Notes: a model not told the origin generated them from the letters alone. 59,384 nt of DNA from a candidate division FCPU426 bacterium (GCA_023249615.1 JAHFCG010000002.1:1-59384), one strand, 5' to 3'. Shown: positions 30,802-42,370, counted from the first letter of the stretch. Numbers and translations are program-made.

Positions 30802-31440
30802 ATGAGTGACAACGTGCAAACATTACTTGGGAAAAAAGTTGGTCAAACGACCTATTTTGAGGATAACGGCAAGGCGACCCATGTGACCGTCCTTGAAATA
30901 GGGCCTTGTGTGGTTATTCAAAAGAAAACGATTGAAAAAGAAGGTTACAACGCGCTTCAGATAGGTTTTTCTGAAAAAAAAGAAAAACACACAACCAAGG
31001 CCCTTCAGGGCCATTTCAAGAAATCGGGAGCTACGCCCAAGAGGATTTTGAAAGAAGTTCGTGTTGAGGACGCTTCGCCCTTCCAGGTGGGACAGACCTT
31101 GACAGTGGAAAATCTAAAAAATGTTATCTGGGTTGATGTTACCGGAGTCACAAAGGGGAAGGGTTTTCAAGGCGGGGTTCGCCGCCATGGCTTTAAGGGC
31201 GGTCGGAACTCGCACGGAAGCATGTTTCACCGCGCTCCGGGTGGTATTGGCGCGTCTTCGGATCCTTCTCGAGTTTTCCCGGGAAGCCGTATGCCGGGTC
31301 ATATGGGAACGGATAAAAATACGGTTCTTAATTTGAAAGTCGTGAAAATTGACGCAGATAACCACTTGTTGTTTATCAGGGGAGCGGTTCCCGGAGCTGA
31401 TGGCGGGATCGTAACCGTTAGACCCAGCGTTAAAAAGTAA
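30802..31440 (+). CDS. rplC: 50S ribosomal protein L3
   Basis: [12 protein letters not shown]..., [27 protein letters not shown]. The start is uncertain between GTG 30793 and ATG 30802. Confidence 0.95.
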   Translation: MSDNVQTLLGKKVGQTTYFEDNGKATHVTVLEIGPCVVIQKKTIEKEGYNALQIGFSEKKEKHTTKALQGHFKKSGATPKRILKEVRVEDASPFQVGQTLTVENLKNVIWVDVTGVTKGKGFQGGVRRHGFKGGRNSHGSMFHRAPGGIGASSDPSRVFPGSRMPGHMGTDKNTVLNLKVVKIDADNHLLFIRGAVPGADGGIVTVRPSVKK

Positions 31441-31452
31441 AGGTGACATTTC

Positions 31453-32109
31453 ATGCCTAAAGCAAATGCTTTTAATTTAACTGGCCAATCCACCGGACAG
31501 GTGGACTTGCCTGAGATTTTGTTCGGCCTCAAACCCCGTACTCACCATATTTGGAGAAGTGTGACGACTCATTTATCCAATCAAAGATTGGGAACGGTTA
31601 AAACAAAACGAAAGGGTGAAGTTTCTGGCGGCGGAAAAAAACCCTTTAAACAAAAAGGAACTGGAAACGCCCGTCAAGGGTCCTCGCGAGCTGTCCAATT
31701 TGTGGGAGGCGGTATCGCTCATGGACCGAAACCCCGTGACTACTCATTGGAGTTGCCCAAAAAAATGCGTCAACAAGCGTTGGCTGAATCCTTATCGGAC
31801 AAGGCGCTTCGGGGAAAAATCATGGTGATTGAAAGCCTAAAATTTGACGCCCCGAAAACAAAACAAGCGGTAGTGTTGTTGAAAAGTTTGGGCGTGAATG
31901 ATCAAAAGTGTTTAATTGTCATTGATCAAATGAACGCCGCGACCACGAAAAGTTTTCGTAATATTCCGAAGACCACGATTTTGTCCCGGTCAAACTTAAA
32001 TACCTACGAAGTCATGAATCACGAGGTGGTGGTTTTAACCCAAAACACCTTAAAGGAATTAACCGAGGCCAAGGCAAAAAGGTCTTCGCGTAAGGAGAAG
32101 GGTTCGTGA
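31453..32109 (+). CDS. rplD: 50S ribosomal protein L4
   Basis: KRKGEVSGGGKKPFKQKGTGNARQGS...GGGIAHGPKPRDY. Confidence 0.96.
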   Translation: MPKANAFNLTGQSTGQVDLPEILFGLKPRTHHIWRSVTTHLSNQRLGTVKTKRKGEVSGGGKKPFKQKGTGNARQGSSRAVQFVGGGIAHGPKPRDYSLELPKKMRQQALAESLSDKALRGKIMVIESLKFDAPKTKQAVVLLKSLGVNDQKCLIVIDQMNAATTKSFRNIPKTTILSRSNLNTYEVMNHEVVVLTQNTLKELTEAKAKRSSRKEKGS

Positions 32110-32402
32110 AAAAGATACAGGATGTTATTGTTCGGCCGCTGGTGACCGAAAGAAGCACCCTTTTAAAAGAAAAGGGAAAATATTCTTTTGAAGTTCACTC
32201 GAATGCCACCAAGCAGGAGATAAAAAACGCGGTTGAATTGATTTTTAAAAAAGAAAAGGTGAAGGTGATGAAGGTGAATACCGCCAACGTTCCCGCGAAA
32301 ATCAGGCGATTTGGCCAGAATATGTCCAAGGCTTACCGGTGGAAACGCGCGATTGTGACCTTGAAACCGGGACAAAAAATAGAATTTTTTGAAGGGGCCT
32401 AA
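32106..32402 (+). CDS. rplW: 50S ribosomal protein L23
   Basis: [12 protein letters not shown]...[21 protein letters not shown] overlap with the rplD stop. Confidence 0.95.
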   Translation: MKKIQDVIVRPLVTERSTLLKEKGKYSFEVHSNATKQEIKNAVELIFKKEKVKVMKVNTANVPAKIRRFGQNMSKAYRWKRAIVTLKPGQKIEFFEGA

Positions 32403-32407
32403 ACCAT

Positions 32408-33232
32408 ATGCCAATTAAGCAATACAAACCAACCTCAGCCGGACGCCGCGCAATGACGGCGATTACGGGGGAAAACCTAACCAAAAAAGCACCGGAAAAA
32501 TCCTTGATGGTACCCATTAAGGGTACCGGCGGCAGAAACATGTACGGTCGGATCACCAGCCGCCATCGTGGTGCCGGTCATAAACGTCAATATCGTTTGA
32601 TTGATTTTAACCGCACCAAGGCGGGGATGACGGCAAAGGTCGTTTCGTTGGAATATGACCCGAACCGTACCTCCCGAATCGCGTTGTTGCAGTACTTAGA
32701 CGGTGTGAAGACCTATATCTTGGCTCCAGAGGGTTTGCAGCTTGGCGATCAGGTTTTGTCAGGCAATGGGGCGGATGTGAAGCCGGGACACACGATGAAA
32801 ATGAAGGATATTCCCTTGGGTTCGATGATTCACAACATTGAAATTAGGCCCGGAAAAGGTGGCCAATTGGTCCGTTCTGCCGGCGCCGTTGCCCAATTGA
32901 TGGCCCGTGATGGGGACTACTCAACGATCAAGCTTCCTTCCGGTGAAATGCGGAAAATTCATATTGAATGCATGGCTTCCATCGGCCAGGTTGGCAATTT
33001 GGAGCATAACAACGTGAGTATCGGAAAAGCGGGGCGGATGAGGTGGATGGGTGAACGTCCACAATCCCGTGGTGTTGTTACGAGACCGGGCGACGGTCAT
33101 CCCATGGGTGGAGGAGAAGGAAAAAGTTCGGGTGGGCGCCATCCGACGACACCCTGGGGAAAACCGACCAAGGGTTATAAAACCAGGCAGAATAAACTCA
33201 CCGATAAATACATTGTTAAACGCCGTAAATAA
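32408..33232 (+). CDS. rplB: 50S ribosomal protein L2
   Basis: [14 protein letters not shown]..., [40 protein letters not shown]. Confidence 0.98.
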   Translation: MPIKQYKPTSAGRRAMTAITGENLTKKAPEKSLMVPIKGTGGRNMYGRITSRHRGAGHKRQYRLIDFNRTKAGMTAKVVSLEYDPNRTSRIALLQYLDGVKTYILAPEGLQLGDQVLSGNGADVKPGHTMKMKDIPLGSMIHNIEIRPGKGGQLVRSAGAVAQLMARDGDYSTIKLPSGEMRKIHIECMASIGQVGNLEHNNVSIGKAGRMRWMGERPQSRGVVTRPGDGHPMGGGEGKSSGGRHPTTPWGKPTKGYKTRQNKLTDKYIVKRRK

Positions 33233-33248
33233 TTAAAGAGGTTTAAAA

Positions 33249-33536
33249 ATGGGAAGATCCTTAAAAAAAGGTCCGTACGTTGATACAAAGCTCATCAAAC
33301 TGGTTCAAAAGATGAACAGGGCGAATGACAAAAAAGTTATTAAAACTTACGTCCGTCGCTGTACTGTCCACCCGGAAATGGTGGGCCATACGTTCGCGAT
33401 TCACAATGGAAAAAAATTCATACCGGTTTTTATAACCGAAAACATGGTTGGTCATAAGCTGGGTGAGTTTTCGCCCACTCGAACCTTTAAGGCCCATGGC
33501 GCGGCAAGGACTGAAAAAGCGGTAGCTTTAAAGTAA
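33249..33536 (+). CDS. rpsS: 30S ribosomal protein S19
   Basis: [12 protein letters not shown]..., [29 protein letters not shown]. Confidence 0.97.
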   Translation: MGRSLKKGPYVDTKLIKLVQKMNRANDKKVIKTYVRRCTVHPEMVGHTFAIHNGKKFIPVFITENMVGHKLGEFSPTRTFKAHGAARTEKAVALK

Positions 33537-33562
33537 ACCCGGTTAGGGAATGAGGATTAAAA

Positions 33563-33913
33563 ATGGAAGCACATTCGATTTCAAATTTTACAAGCCTGAC
33601 ACCCCGGAAAGCCCGGCAGGTGGTTGAGTTGATAAAGAAAAAGCCGGTCTCGGAGGCTTTGAATATTTTGGCTTTTACCAAAAAAAGAGCCGCTGGTGAA
33701 TTGGCTAAAATTTTGAAGTCCGCCGTGTCAAACGCGGGCCAAAATGCCCGTGTCGATATTGACAAACTTGTCATTAAGTCCATCCAGGTGGATGGAGGGC
33801 CAATGAAAAGAAATACGCGCCGGTTTATTCCGCGCGCTATGGGTCGGGCAAGCGCGATTCATCACCGCACCAGCCATATCAAAATTGTAGTTTCGGATGG
33901 AATGAAAAATTAG
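33563..33913 (+). CDS. rplV: 50S ribosomal protein L22
   Basis: LTPRKARQVVELIKKKPVSEALNILAFT..., position between rpsS and rpsC. Confidence 0.95.
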   Translation: MEAHSISNFTSLTPRKARQVVELIKKKPVSEALNILAFTKKRAAGELAKILKSAVSNAGQNARVDIDKLVIKSIQVDGGPMKRNTRRFIPRAMGRASAIHHRTSHIKIVVSDGMKN

Positions 33914-33936
33914 CTAAGGATTTTTGGGAGGAACTT

Positions 33937-34668
33937 TTGGGACAGAAAATTAATCCAGTCGGCATCAGAATCGGCATCACCCGGGATTGGGACTCCATTT
34001 GGTTTATTGCCAAACAAAGGAATTACACCCAGACACTTTTGCAGGATGTTGAAATCAGGAAATTCGTGAAATTAAAATTAAAGCACGCTGGCGTCGCAAA
34101 AGTGGTTTTGAAAAGAAAAGGAGAAACCGTTGATGTTGATATTTTCGCCTCTCGTCCCGGTATTGTCATCGGTAAAAAAGGGTCTGAAGTTGACAAGCTC
34201 AAAGAGGAGTTGAAAACCCTTACCAAAAAGGACATCCGAATCAACATAAACGAGGAAAAACATCCCGAAACCAACGCCCAATTGATTGCCGAGGGTGTCT
34301 GCGGACAACTTGAAAAACGCGTTGCCTTTCGCCGTGCCATGAAAAAAGCGATTCAAAGCTCGCTGGATGGCGGCGCGAAAGGAATCAAGATCATGTGTTC
34401 CGGCCGGTTGGCCGGCTCCGAAATCGCCCGAACCGAATGGTACCGTGAAGGCCGGGTTCCGCTCCATACACTGCGGGCGGATATTGATTATGGTTTTGCC
34501 GAAGCCAGCACCACCTATGGAAAGATCGGTGTTAAGTGCTGGGTTTTCAAACGTGAAATTTTCGGCTCCAAGGATAAACAGCAGGATGAAGTCGTTGTCG
34601 CAAAGCCGAAGTCCGCGCCCCGGGAAAGAAAAATTAACGAGAAGCCGACGCCGTCTAAAGCCAATTAA
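33937..34668 (+). CDS. rpsC: 30S ribosomal protein S3
   Basis: (M)GQKINPVGIRIGITRDWDSIWF, KH domain, GRLAGSEIARTEWYREGRVPLHTLRADIDYG. TTG start with GGGAGG at 33926-33931. Lys/Pro-rich C-terminal tail. Confidence 0.96.
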   Translation: MGQKINPVGIRIGITRDWDSIWFIAKQRNYTQTLLQDVEIRKFVKLKLKHAGVAKVVLKRKGETVDVDIFASRPGIVIGKKGSEVDKLKEELKTLTKKDIRININEEKHPETNAQLIAEGVCGQLEKRVAFRRAMKKAIQSSLDGGAKGIKIMCSGRLAGSEIARTEWYREGRVPLHTLRADIDYGFAEASTTYGKIGVKCWVFKREIFGSKDKQQDEVVVAKPKSAPRERKINEKPTPSKAN

Positions 34669-34678
34669 GGAATAAGCC

Positions 34679-35104
34679 ATGTTAATGCCAAAACGAGTCA
34701 AATATCGAAAAACCATGAAGGGCCGCATGAGGGGTCATTCGAAAAACGGGGCCAGTTTTGCCTTCGGTGAATACGCCTTGAAATCCCAGGATGCCGGGTA
34801 TGTCACCGATCGGCAAATTGAAGCGGCTCGTGTCGCGATTAACCGTCATATGAAAAGGGTTGGGAAGCTTTGGGTGAGAATTTTTCCCGACAAACCGATC
34901 ACGAGGAAGCCCGCTGAGGTTCGAATGGGCGGAGGTAAGGGGGCCCCTGATCATTGGGCGGCCGTGGTAAAGCCCGGAAGAATTCTTTTTGAGTTGAGCG
35001 GTTGCCCTGTGGATGTGGCTCAGGAAGCCTTTCGCTTGGCGTCCCACAAGCTTCCAGTAAAAACAAAATATCTTTCACGCGCTGAATTGGGAGGCATCTC
35101 ATGA
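34679..35104 (+). CDS. rplP: 50S ribosomal protein L16
   Basis: [19 protein letters not shown]..., [12 protein letters not shown]. Confidence 0.97.
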   Translation: MLMPKRVKYRKTMKGRMRGHSKNGASFAFGEYALKSQDAGYVTDRQIEAARVAINRHMKRVGKLWVRIFPDKPITRKPAEVRMGGGKGAPDHWAAVVKPGRILFELSGCPVDVAQEAFRLASHKLPVKTKYLSRAELGGIS

Positions 35105-35304
35105 AGTCCAAAGAAGTCCGTGACCTGAGCATCGAGCAATTAAAACAACATTTGATTTCCAAGGAAGAGGAGCTTTTCAACCTTAAAATCCAATTAACAA
35201 CGAAGCAATTGGAAAACCCGATGAAAATTCGGGAGGCCAGGCGTCACGTGGCCCGTTTGAAGACGATTCTTAGAGAAAAGGAAAAAGGCCCAAGGGCCTC
35301 ATAA
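35101..35304 (+). CDS. rpmC: 50S ribosomal protein L29
   Basis: ATGA overlap with rpl[11 protein letters not shown]...ELFNLKIQ...[13 protein letters not shown]. Confidence 0.94.
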   Translation: MKSKEVRDLSIEQLKQHLISKEEELFNLKIQLTTKQLENPMKIREARRHVARLKTILREKEKGPRAS

Positions 35305-35313
35305 GGAAAAATT

Positions 35314-35601
35314 ATGACCACGGAAAATAAAAGACCCGACTCCAGGGTGAAAACAGCTGTTGTTTTGAGCCGGAAAATGGATAAGACGGCGGTGGTTTCC
35401 ATCGAAAGATTGGTAAAACACCCCCTCTACCAAAAGCTGGTTCGCAAACGCAGCAAGTTCAAAATTCATGATCCCAAAAATGAAACCAAAAAAGGGGATG
35501 TGGTTTTGATCTCGGAGAGCCGTCCCATAAGCGCCGATAAACATTGGAGGTTGGTTAAGATTCTAAAAAAGGCCGTTCAGTTTGAGGAGGCCAAATTATG
35601 A
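35314..35601 (+). CDS. rpsQ: 30S ribosomal protein S17
   Basis: [26 protein letters not shown]...[10 protein letters not shown]...[13 protein letters not shown]. Confidence 0.95.
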   Translation: MTTENKRPDSRVKTAVVLSRKMDKTAVVSIERLVKHPLYQKLVRKRSKFKIHDPKNETKKGDVVLISESRPISADKHWRLVKILKKAVQFEEAKL

Positions 35602-35966
35602 TCATGCCTCAAACGATGCTCAATGTGGCTGACAATAGCGGCGCCACACGCATTATGTGTATCCATGTTTTGGGTGGGACCCGCCGTAGATACGCGGGGA
35701 TCGGGGACATCATTGTGGCGGCTGTGAAGGAAGCCATTCCAGGTGCCGGGGTTAAAAAAAGTGAAGTGGTCAAGGCGGTCGTGGTCCGTCAGCGAAGGGT
35801 GTTTTCACGGCCGGATGGTTCCAATATCCGTTTTGACGAAAATGCGGCTGTTATTATTAACGACCAAATGGCTCCAAGGGGAACCCGAATTTTCGGGCCT
35901 GTTACCCGTGAGTTGAGAGAGAAAAATTTTATGAAAATTATTTCACTGGCCCCGGAGGTTTTGTAA
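35598..35966 (+). CDS. rplN: 50S ribosomal protein L14
   Basis: [27 protein letters not shown]...; ATGA overlap with rpsQ. Confidence 0.97.
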   Translation: MIMPQTMLNVADNSGATRIMCIHVLGGTRRRYAGIGDIIVAAVKEAIPGAGVKKSEVVKAVVVRQRRVFSRPDGSNIRFDENAAVIINDQMAPRGTRIFGPVTRELREKNFMKIISLAPEVL

Positions 35967-35969
35967 ACC

Positions 35970-36290
35970 ATGCATGTTCATCGTGAAGATACCGTTTTGG
36001 TTTTGACGGGCAAGGATCGCGGAAAAAAAGGCCGTGTCATTCGTCTTTTTCCGAAGACTGAAAGGGCGCTGGTTGAAAAAATCAATATGGTAAAGCGCCA
36101 TACCCGACCAAGCCAGCAGCTTCCCCAGGGCGGCATAATGGAAAAAGAAGCTTCCGTCCATCTTTCGAATTTACAGGTTGTTTGCTCGAAGTGCGGAAAA
36201 GCCACCCGCGTTGCTTACAAGGCTTTGGCTGGGGGTCAAAAAGCCCGAACCTGCAAAAAGTGCGGCGAAATTCTGGATAAGGAAAAGTAA
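35970..36290 (+). CDS. rplX: 50S ribosomal protein L24
   Basis: KOW motif [17 protein letters not shown], position between rplN and rplE. Confidence 0.95.
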   Translation: MHVHREDTVLVLTGKDRGKKGRVIRLFPKTERALVEKINMVKRHTRPSQQLPQGGIMEKEASVHLSNLQVVCSKCGKATRVAYKALAGGQKARTCKKCGEILDKEK

Positions 36291-36291
36291 G

Positions 36292-36846
36292 ATGACGACG
36301 ACCATTTTGAAAGAAAAGTACTCAAAGGAAATTGTGCCTTCCTTGATGAAAAAGTTCGGGATTAAAAACATCATGCAAGTCCCGAAGGTCCAAAAAATTG
36401 TGATTAACGTTTGCGTGGGCAAGGCCGCTTCGGAAAACAATATTAAATTGTTGGATATCGCCGCGGAAGAGTTGGGGTTAATTAGCGGTCAGAAACCCGC
36501 CATTACCCGGTCCAAGAAGGCCATTTCCAACTTCAAGCTTCGGGCGGATCAGCCGCTTGGCGCGAAAGTGACCCTTCGGGGGGACAAAATGTTTCAATTC
36601 ATGGAGAGGCTTTTCATGGTGGCTTTTCCCCGAATCAGGGATTTTCGCGGGGTTCCCACAAGGTCCTTCGATGGAAGAGGAAACTACACTCTGGGTTTAA
36701 AGGAACAGATTATTTTCCCGGAAATTAATTTTGAAAGCGTACAGTCGCTTCATGGGATGGATATCACATTCGCAACCACCGCGAACAATGATGAGCAGGC
36801 CAAGGAATTATTGAAACTGCTTGGGATGCCTTTTAGAAACAACTAG
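36292..36846 (+). CDS. rplE: 50S ribosomal protein L5
   Basis: [38 protein letters not shown]..., [19 protein letters not shown] 36292 follows the rplX stop. The track start 36178 is an in-frame read-through artefact. Confidence 0.96.
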   Translation: MTTTILKEKYSKEIVPSLMKKFGIKNIMQVPKVQKIVINVCVGKAASENNIKLLDIAAEELGLISGQKPAITRSKKAISNFKLRADQPLGAKVTLRGDKMFQFMERLFMVAFPRIRDFRGVPTRSFDGRGNYTLGLKEQIIFPEINFESVQSLHGMDITFATTANNDEQAKELLKLLGMPFRNN

Positions 36847-36854
36847 GAGATTCG

Positions 36855-37040
36855 ATGGCAAAGAAATGCTTAATCAACAAGCAGATGAAGAAGCCAAAAT
36901 TCAAGGTCCGTGCCTATAACCGTTGCAAGTTATGTGGCCGTTCAAGGGGTTTTTTGAGGCGTTTTGGCATGTGCCGTATTTGTTTTAGGGGTCTCGCCGG
37001 CGAGGGAAAAGTTCCCGGCGTGGTCAAAGCAAGCTGGTAA
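36855..37040 (+). CDS. rpsN: 30S ribosomal protein S14, short zinc-binding (type Z) form
   Basis: 61 aa. [22 protein letters not shown] is a four-Cys pattern. Confidence 0.95.
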   Translation: MAKKCLINKQMKKPKFKVRAYNRCKLCGRSRGFLRRFGMCRICFRGLAGEGKVPGVVKASW

Positions 37041-37060
37041 GTCTTAAGGAGAAATAATTT

Positions 37061-37462
37061 ATGTCCATGATGGACCCGATTGCCGACATGTTAACCAGGA
37101 TTCGCAATGCGAATCATGTCTATAAGGAAAAGGTGGATGTTCCATTCTCGAAATTAAAGTTGGAAATAGCCCGCATCCTTTCCGAGGAAGGTTTTATCCG
37201 TAATTATAAGGTGGTTGATGAAAAGGGCCGCCCGACCTGGATCCGTGTTTCCCTGAAATACGGGGACAAGCGGGAAAGAGTAATTACCACCATAAACCGT
37301 GTCAGCCGGTCTGGACGACGTGTTTATTCAGGGAAGACCCGGGTTCCCAAAGTGATTGGCGGTTTGGGAATAGCGATTCTTTCGACCTCCAAAGGGGTTT
37401 TGACTGATCAACAGGCGCGCCAACAGGGTGTTGGCGGCGAAGTTCTTTGTTTGGTTCATTAA
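37061..37462 (+). CDS. rpsH: 30S ribosomal protein S8
   Basis: [15 protein letters not shown]..., [26 protein letters not shown]. Confidence 0.96.
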   Translation: MSMMDPIADMLTRIRNANHVYKEKVDVPFSKLKLEIARILSEEGFIRNYKVVDEKGRPTWIRVSLKYGDKRERVITTINRVSRSGRRVYSGKTRVPKVIGGLGIAILSTSKGVLTDQQARQQGVGGEVLCLVH

Positions 37463-37488
37463 AAGGCTGATTAATTAAGGGAGATGTC

Positions 37489-38061
37489 ATGGCGCGAATT
37501 GCCAAGAAACCAATCGAGTTACCACAAGGTGTGAGGATCAAAACCGAGGGGGCGCGGGTAACCGTGGAAGGTCCCAAGGGTTCCTTGAATTTTGAATTGA
37601 TGGCGGGAATCAAGGTTGAAATAAAGGACAAAAGCCTTTTGGTGGTTCCTGTGGTGGACGCTGATGTTGACGCCAAAAAACAAAACGCCAATCACGGTTT
37701 AATGAATGCTCTTGTTAAAAACATGGTCCAGGGAGTGACAGCTGGTTTTGAGAAAAAACTGGAAATTCAGGGTGTCGGTTACCGCGCGGCCGTCGAAAAG
37801 GGAAAACTCAGCATGACCCTGGGGTTCAGCCATCCCATTGTTTTGGATTTACCCAAGGGTGTAACCATTGATATTGAGAAACAAACCCTTTTGACCGTTA
37901 AGGGAATCGATAAGTATTTAGTGGGAGAGACCGCCGCGAAAATCCGGCGCGTCAAACCTCCTGAAGTTTATAAGGGAACCGGAATCAGATATTTTGGCGA
38001 ATATGTCCGGAAAAAGGTCGGGAAAACCGGCGCCACCGGTAAAGCCGGCGGAGCCAAATAA
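37489..38061 (+). CDS. rplF: 50S ribosomal protein L6
   Basis: MARIAKKPIELPQGV...VEGPKG..., EIQGVGYRA, PPEVYKGTGIRY. Confidence 0.96.
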   Translation: MARIAKKPIELPQGVRIKTEGARVTVEGPKGSLNFELMAGIKVEIKDKSLLVVPVVDADVDAKKQNANHGLMNALVKNMVQGVTAGFEKKLEIQGVGYRAAVEKGKLSMTLGFSHPIVLDLPKGVTIDIEKQTLLTVKGIDKYLVGETAAKIRRVKPPEVYKGTGIRYFGEYVRKKVGKTGATGKAGGAK

Positions 38062-38082
38062 GAAATCATTAGGAGTCTTTAA

Positions 38083-38448
38083 ATGCAGCTGCAACTTCAA
38101 AATTTTAAAAGAAAACACCGTCACGCCCGAATTCGCAAAAAGGTTACAGGTACCGCGGTAAGACCCCGCTTGGTGGTTCATCGCGGAACAAAGAATATTA
38201 CCGCCCAAATCGTTGACGACTCAAAAGGGGTTACCATCGCCGCGGCGGCGAGTTTCGACCAAAACCTTCGGGGAAAACTTAAATACGGGGGAAATGTCGA
38301 CGCGGCAAAGGTCGTGGGGGAACAAATCGCAAAATTGGCGAAGGCTAAATCAGTAACCCAGGTTGTGTTCGACCGGGGTGGTTACATTTATCACGGGCGA
38401 GTGAAGGCCCTTGCGGATGCGGCCCGTCAAAACGGGTTGCAATTTTAA
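38083..38448 (+). CDS. rplR: 50S ribosomal protein L18
   Basis: [34 protein letters not shown]..., [20 protein letters not shown]. Confidence 0.96.
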   Translation: MQLQLQNFKRKHRHARIRKKVTGTAVRPRLVVHRGTKNITAQIVDDSKGVTIAAAASFDQNLRGKLKYGGNVDAAKVVGEQIAKLAKAKSVTQVVFDRGGYIYHGRVKALADAARQNGLQF

Positions 38449-38462
38449 AGTTAAGGAAAATT

Positions 38463-38975
38463 ATGGCGAGACTTGACGCTTCTAAATTTGATCTAAAAGA
38501 AAAAGTGGTTCAAATCAACCGGGTGGCCAAGGTGGTTAAAGGCGGCCGGCGGTTCAGCTTTTCCGTTTTGGTGGTTGTGGGTGATGGCCATGGACATGTT
38601 GGTATTGGGACGGGCAAGGCCAGTGAAGTTCCTGATGCCATCAAAAAGGCCGTGGAAGACGCCAAGAAAAATCTGATCGGGGTTCCTTTAAAAGGCACCT
38701 CTCTATACCACGAAATTGTTGGTGTTTTTAAGGCCTCAAGAGTCATGTTAAAACCAGCCGCGCCAGGAACGGGAATCATCGCCGGTGGTGGGGTAAGAGC
38801 CGTATGTGAGTTGGCTGGGATCCACGATATTTTGACCAAATCGATCCGCTCAGACAACACGTTCAATGTGGTCCAGGCCACCTTGAAGGGTTTGCGCGAA
38901 ATTCGTTCCCCGGAGGTTGTCGCGGCTTTGAGGGGCAAATCGGTAGAAAGTTTCATGGGAGCCGCTAAGTCATGA
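38463..38975 (+). CDS. rpsE: 30S ribosomal protein S5
   Basis: [39 protein letters not shown]... Confidence 0.97.
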   Translation: MARLDASKFDLKEKVVQINRVAKVVKGGRRFSFSVLVVVGDGHGHVGIGTGKASEVPDAIKKAVEDAKKNLIGVPLKGTSLYHEIVGVFKASRVMLKPAAPGTGIIAGGGVRAVCELAGIHDILTKSIRSDNTFNVVQATLKGLREIRSPEVVAALRGKSVESFMGAAKS

Positions 38976-39154
38976 GCGAATTAAAAATCCAACTAGTGAA
39001 AAGTTTGAATGGCCGTTTACCCAAACATGTCAAGATTGCCGAAGCTTTGGGTTTGAGAAAGATCCGCCAAATTGTGGTTAAGCCGGACACACCCGTCGTT
39101 CGGGGAATGATCTCAAAAATCGGTTATTTAATCGAAATAAAGAACAAGGGTTAA
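38972..39154 (+). CDS. rpmD: 50S ribosomal protein L30
   Basis: ATGA overlap with rps[28 protein letters not shown]. 60 aa. Confidence 0.94.
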   Translation: MSELKIQLVKSLNGRLPKHVKIAEALGLRKIRQIVVKPDTPVVRGMISKIGYLIEIKNKG

Positions 39155-39157
39155 TCC

Positions 39158-39595
39158 ATGAAAATTTCTGATTTGAAGCCGGCCAAAGGCGCTGTAAAGC
39201 GCCGGAAAATTGTTGGAAAAGGTCCCGGATCGGGCCATGGTAAAACCTCAACCCGTGGAAACAAGGGTCAAAATTCCCGTACCGGCGGCGGGGTTCGCCA
39301 GGGTTTTGAAGGCGGTCAAACGCCCTTGTACCGAAAAATCCCGATTCGCGGTTTTAAAAGCATCGATAAGACCCTATTTGACGTGGTGAATGTTGACCAA
39401 CTCTCAAACTTTGAGAATGGCTCAATTGTTACCCCTGCCGAACTCAAGAAAAAGGGTTTTGTGGGAGGCGGCGACCCGGTGAAGGTTTTGGGAAACGGGG
39501 AGTTGAAAAATAAATTAACTGTCAAGGCCCACGCTTTTAGCGCTTCAGCCGTGGAAAAAATCAAGGCCGCTGGCGGAACCACGGAGGTTCTTTAA
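39158..39595 (+). CDS. rplO: 50S ribosomal protein L15
   Basis: LKPAKGAVKRRKIVGKGPGSGHGKTSTRGNKGQNSRTGG..FEGGQTPLYRKIP. Confidence 0.96.
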   Translation: MKISDLKPAKGAVKRRKIVGKGPGSGHGKTSTRGNKGQNSRTGGGVRQGFEGGQTPLYRKIPIRGFKSIDKTLFDVVNVDQLSNFENGSIVTPAELKKKGFVGGGDPVKVLGNGELKNKLTVKAHAFSASAVEKIKAAGGTTEVL

Positions 39596-40936
39596 GTGTT
39601 TTCGGCTTTTACCAATATCTTCAGGGTGCCGGAACTTAAAAGCCGAGTTCTTTTTACTTTTGGTGTTCTTTTGGTTTATCGAATCGGTATCCACATTCCC
39701 ATTCCGGGTGTCAATTTAAGTGTTTTAGAGGATCTTTTTCAAAAACAAACCAGCGGGGTTTTGGGTTTTCTAAACCTTTTTTCCGGCGGGGCCCTCAAAC
39801 AATCCTCCATTTTCGCCCTTGGCGTCATGCCGTACATCAGCATGTCCATTATTCTTCAATTATTGACCGCTGTTATTCCCACCCTTGAAAAATTGTCCAA
39901 AGAAGGGGAAATGGGAAGACGGAAAATTACCCAATATACCCGTATCGGAACGGTTGCCCTTTGTATTATCCAGGGAACGGGCACTACTTACCTGCTTCGC
40001 TCCTTTGGTGAAAACGCGATTTACCACTGGGATTTGGGATTCAAAATCATGACCGTTTTGGCGTTAACTACGGGAACCATATTTATCATGTGGTTGGGCG
40101 AACAAATAACCGAATACGGAATTGGAAATGGTATGTCCGTTATTATTTTTGCCGGCATCGTTGCGGGATTGCCCGGCCAATTGGTCGCGACCTATCGAAT
40201 GGTTCGCATCAATGAAATCAATCTTTTTTCCATTATCGCCTTTGCGGCCTTTACCCTCCTCACCATTGCTTTTATCGTGGTTTTGCAACAAGGTGCTCGA
40301 AAAATCCCGGTTCAATACGCCACGAGGGTGGTGGGGCGCCAGGTATTCAAAGGGCAATCTACTGTTCTTCCTCTAAAAGTGGATTATTCGGGCGTCATCG
40401 CCGTCATTTTCGCCTCCTCCATTTTAATTTTTCCAGCGCAAATCGCGAAATATGTTGAATCGATTCTTTCGGAAAAGGGTCTGGAAGAAAGCTGGTTTTA
40501 CGGCCTTATGGATCTCATTACCAGGAATTTTTCACCAGGCGCGGCTTTTTATTATGGTTGTTATTCGCTTTTAATTGTTTTCTTTTGTTATTTTTATACC
40601 GCGATTGCCTTTAATCCCACCGATTTGTCCGAAAACATGAAAAAGTACGGTGGTTTTATTCCAGGGATTCGTCCCGGCCAGCCCACCGCTGAATTTATCG
40701 ACCGAACCCTTACCCGAATCACTATTTGGGGAGCCCTGGCGGTTTGCGCGGTAGCGGTTTTTCCTGAATTAATCACCAAAAAACTCCACATACCCATTTA
40801 TTTCGGCGGAACCTCCCTTTTGATTATTGTCGGGGTTGCGTTGGACACCATGAAACAAATTGAATCGCACTTGTTGATGCGACATTATGACGGCTTTATG
40901 AAAAAGGGCCGACTAAAAGGACGGAGCGCCTTTTAA
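39596..40936 (+). CDS. secY: preprotein translocase subunit SecY
   Basis: Ten-TM profile with GVMPYISMSIILQLL, WLGEQITEYGIGNGMSVIIFAGI, GGTSLLIIVGVALDT. GTG start immediately after the rplO stop. Confidence 0.97.
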   Translation: MFSAFTNIFRVPELKSRVLFTFGVLLVYRIGIHIPIPGVNLSVLEDLFQKQTSGVLGFLNLFSGGALKQSSIFALGVMPYISMSIILQLLTAVIPTLEKLSKEGEMGRRKITQYTRIGTVALCIIQGTGTTYLLRSFGENAIYHWDLGFKIMTVLALTTGTIFIMWLGEQITEYGIGNGMSVIIFAGIVAGLPGQLVATYRMVRINEINLFSIIAFAAFTLLTIAFIVVLQQGARKIPVQYATRVVGRQVFKGQSTVLPLKVDYSGVIAVIFASSILIFPAQIAKYVESILSEKGLEESWFYGLMDLITRNFSPGAAFYYGCYSLLIVFFCYFYTAIAFNPTDLSENMKKYGGFIPGIRPGQPTAEFIDRTLTRITIWGALAVCAVAVFPELITKKLHIPIYFGGTSLLIIVGVALDTMKQIESHLLMRHYDGFMKKGRLKGRSAF

Positions 40937-41592
40937 TGCGAATCATACTTTTGGGTGAACCAGGCGCCGGAAAAGGAACCTATTCGGCGGAATTGGTTAA
41001 AAAATATAAAATTCCACAAATTTCCACCGGCGACATGCTTCGAGCCGCCGTCAAGGCGGGAACGCCCCTGGGCAAGCAGGCCCAGGAATTCATGAAAAAA
41101 GGGGAATTGGTTCCTGACTCCCTGGTGATTGAGTTGATTCGGGAAAGAATCAAAGAAGGCGACGCTTCCAAAGGCTTTATCCTCGACGGGTTCCCCCGGA
41201 CTCTTCCCCAGGCCCAAAGTTTGGAAAAAATGCTCCAAAGCATGAATATCCGCCTTTCTGGTGTTTTAAAAATCGAGGTCGCCAAAGCCATTTTGCTGAA
41301 ACGCTTGACTGGCCGCCGTGTTTGCAAGGGCTGCGGCGCGACCTACAACATTGACACCATGAAACCCCAAAAAGATGGTGTTTGCGACAAGTGCGGAAAA
41401 GAACTCATTCAAAGGCCCGATGACAAACCTGAAACCATTGAGAACCGGTTGACGGTTTATCAAAAGGACACGGCTCCTTTGATTGAATTTTATGAAAACA
41501 AGGGACTACTCAAGCGGGTTCAATGCGAAGGTGAATATGATGAGGTAATGGCCCGTATTTTCAGCGCCCTGGAAAAGACAGCGAAAGTTTAA
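40936..41592 (+). CDS. adk: adenylate kinase (zinc-lid type)
   Basis: MRIILLGEPGAGKGT P-loop, ISTGDMLR, and a Cys4 lid CKGCGATYN...CDKCGKEL. Confidence 0.96.
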   Translation: MRIILLGEPGAGKGTYSAELVKKYKIPQISTGDMLRAAVKAGTPLGKQAQEFMKKGELVPDSLVIELIRERIKEGDASKGFILDGFPRTLPQAQSLEKMLQSMNIRLSGVLKIEVAKAILLKRLTGRRVCKGCGATYNIDTMKPQKDGVCDKCGKELIQRPDDKPETIENRLTVYQKDTAPLIEFYENKGLLKRVQCEGEYDEVMARIFSALEKTAKV

Positions 41593-42339
41593 GTGATCAC
41601 GATTAAGTCTGATTCTGAGTTAAAGTTGATGAGGGTGAGCGGAAAAGTTGTCGGTCAGGCCCTGGTGGAACTGCAGAAAAGAATCAAACCGGGCGTAACC
41701 ACTCTTGAGCTGGACAAGTTCGCGAATGAGTTTTTTAAAAAAAATGATTGTGAACCGGCTTTTTTGGGTTACCACGGTTATCCCTCAACCATTTGCACCT
41801 CAGTTAACGCCGAGGTTGTTCACGGAATGCCCGGCAAACGAGTTTTGAATGAGGGTGACATTGTCGGGGTTGATATCGGGGCTTTTTACAAAGGGTATTG
41901 CGGTGACTCGGCCAGGACCTTTGCGGTGGGGAAGGTTTCCGCGGAAGTAAAAAAGCTCCTTGAGGTAACCTTCGAGTCCCTGAACAAGGGAATTGACAAA
42001 TGCCGTCCCGGAAATCGAATTTCCGATATCGGCCACGCGATCCAGGAATATGTTGAGGGTTTTGGTTATTCGGTGGTAAAGGACTATGTTGGGCATGGCA
42101 TTGGGCAGGCGATGCACGAGGAACCCCAGGTGCCCAATTACGGAAAAACAGGCCAAGGACCCCGAATTATCGAGGGAATGTGCCTTGCCTTGGAGCCGAT
42201 GGTCAATATAGGGGCGGACGAAGTAAAGGTCTTGGAGGATGGCTGGACAGTGGTGACAAAAGATGGTAAATTCTCAGCCCATTTTGAAGACACCATCGCC
42301 ATCTTGTCGAGTGGACCGGAAAACTTAACCCGGATTTAA
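41593..42339 (+). CDS. map: type I methionine aminopeptidase
   Basis: (M)[25 protein letters not shown], metal ligands in [27 protein letters not shown] start directly after the adk stop. Confidence 0.95.
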   Translation: MITIKSDSELKLMRVSGKVVGQALVELQKRIKPGVTTLELDKFANEFFKKNDCEPAFLGYHGYPSTICTSVNAEVVHGMPGKRVLNEGDIVGVDIGAFYKGYCGDSARTFAVGKVSAEVKKLLEVTFESLNKGIDKCRPGNRISDIGHAIQEYVEGFGYSVVKDYVGHGIGQAMHEEPQVPNYGKTGQGPRIIEGMCLALEPMVNIGADEVKVLEDGWTVVTKDGKFSAHFEDTIAILSSGPENLTRI

Positions 42340-42370
42340 TCACAGCCCTTTGAATGGGGTTGGGAGGCGT

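Noticed and set aside
34078-34728. 216-aa antisense ORF across rpsC/rplP
   Set aside because: It spans two conserved ribosomal genes on the opposite strand and has no independent coding signal.
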